From contig DATARC010000170.1 in assembly GCA_036264335.1 (NCBI GenBank), positions 357 to 64,356 of the forward strand: DNA of 64,000 nucleotides, read 5' to 3'. Position 1 is the first letter of the stretch. Each line of letters opens with the position of its first letter. The translations under genes were made by a program, and so were the position numbers. This document shows, in pieces, positions 63,703 to 64,000 of the stretch. The notes beneath the pieces were generated by a model, which worked only from the letters and a program-made list of their open reading frames with translations, had not been told where the DNA came from and did no database searches. Source of the DNA: Candidatus Dormiibacterota bacterium. GTDB taxonomy: Bacteria; Chloroflexota; Dormibacteria; Dormibacterales; Dormibacteraceae.

Positions 63703-63778
63703 TGGTGCGCCTGGCAAGAATCGAACTTGCTGCCTCTTGCTCCGCAGGCAAGCGCTCTATCCGGTGAGCTACAGGCGC
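63703..63778 (-). tRNA. tRNA-Arg, anticodon GCG (76 nt, encoded CCA)
   Basis: Hand-folded cloverleaf: acceptor GCGCCTG/CAGGCGC, D stem GCTC/GAGC, anticodon stem CTTGC/GCAAG with loop CT-GCG-GA, T stem GCAAG/CTTGC with TTCGATT loop, A73, CCA. Confidence 0.85.
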
Positions 63779-63785
63779 GAGCGGT

Positions 63786-64000
63786 TCAGTTTAAGCGAGC
63801 ATCGATCGCGACAGTTACGGCCTTGTAGGCGGCCGCATCGAGGTTGTTGAGCACCACGAGCGAAACGAAGACCGACCGGCGCCAGCAGGCCAGCTGGACC
63901 TGCGGGTTGTTGTAGGTCCAGGAGCTGTCGCCCAATCCGGTGCCGGAGCCTCTGAGGATGCCAGGCGCCACTTGGTCGGGTGAGGGAGTCGCAAAGCCCA
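63786..64000 (-). CDS. 3' end of a gene continuing beyond the window (unknown function)
   Basis: The frame is open from the window edge to TGA 63786-63788. The C-terminus ...VVLNNLDAAAYKAVTVAIDARLN is protein-like. Confidence 0.35.
   Translation of the reverse strand, partial: GFATPSPDQVAPGILRGSGTGLGDSSWTYNNPQVQLACWRRSVFVSLVVLNNLDAAAYKAVTVAIDARLN

Overview
This window is 64 kb of densely packed, high-G+C bacterial chromosome. I call about 70 protein genes and one tRNA, and I see no rRNA, CRISPR array or transposase. Genes are tightly chained, with many 1-4 nt start/stop overlaps (ATGA, GTGA, TTGA). Long antisense ORFs in the track look like high-GC artefacts. Recognisable content, left to right: (1) a phosphatidylinositol/PIM-type lipid cluster with two LpxL/PatA-like acyltransferases, a GT4 PimA-like glycosyltransferase and a CDP-alcohol phosphatidyltransferase; (2) holB, hisC, an HD hydrolase, a 2-hydroxyacid dehydrogenase, a Cof phosphatase, an LmbE/PIG-L deacetylase and ispH; (3) a MaoC hot-dog protein with a long basic tail; (4) a signalling-rich stretch with a GAF-GGDEF cyclase, two paralogous CHASE2 class III nucleotide cyclases (one translationally coupled to a sirtuin) and a tail-anchored Ser/Thr kinase; (5) birA and an F420 block (fgd-cofC-cofE-cofD) in which fgd carries one in-frame TAG; (6) nth and a LexA-box-preceded SplB/Rv2578c-type radical SAM gene; (7) DUF72, SDR, Zn-ADH, GH15, a propionyl-CoA carboxylase beta subunit and two GT87/DUF2029 membrane glycosyltransferases; (8) an amidase, an orphan VWA protein, pckA, a SLOG/DUF2493 protein, a MoaD-MoaE fusion and clpP; (9) an ATP-dependent DNA ligase and a ligase-associated MBL exonuclease, separated by two small Cys-rich ORFs; (10) a SufR-like regulator, NnrE, DUF4153, a Ca2+/H+ exchanger, an HtrA-like protease, MFS transporters, a Xer-type tyrosine recombinase, two lipoproteins and a tRNA-Arg with the unusual anticodon GCG. 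The gene content (PIM-type genes, F420/Fgd, GT87, LmbE, a mycobacterial-type SOS box) suggests Actinomycetota or a related high-GC Terrabacteria lineage; this is inference. I found no clear-cut known defence island or mobile element. The best leads are the ligase/exonuclease locus with inserted unknown zinc-ribbon ORFs and its oddly mixed, translationally coupled operon, the amber codon in fgd, the cyclase-sirtuin coupling, a duplicated start region that creates a uORF, conserved N-termini lacking canonical start codons, and the tRNA-Arg(GCG). All function calls come from motif recognition by eye. No database search was run.
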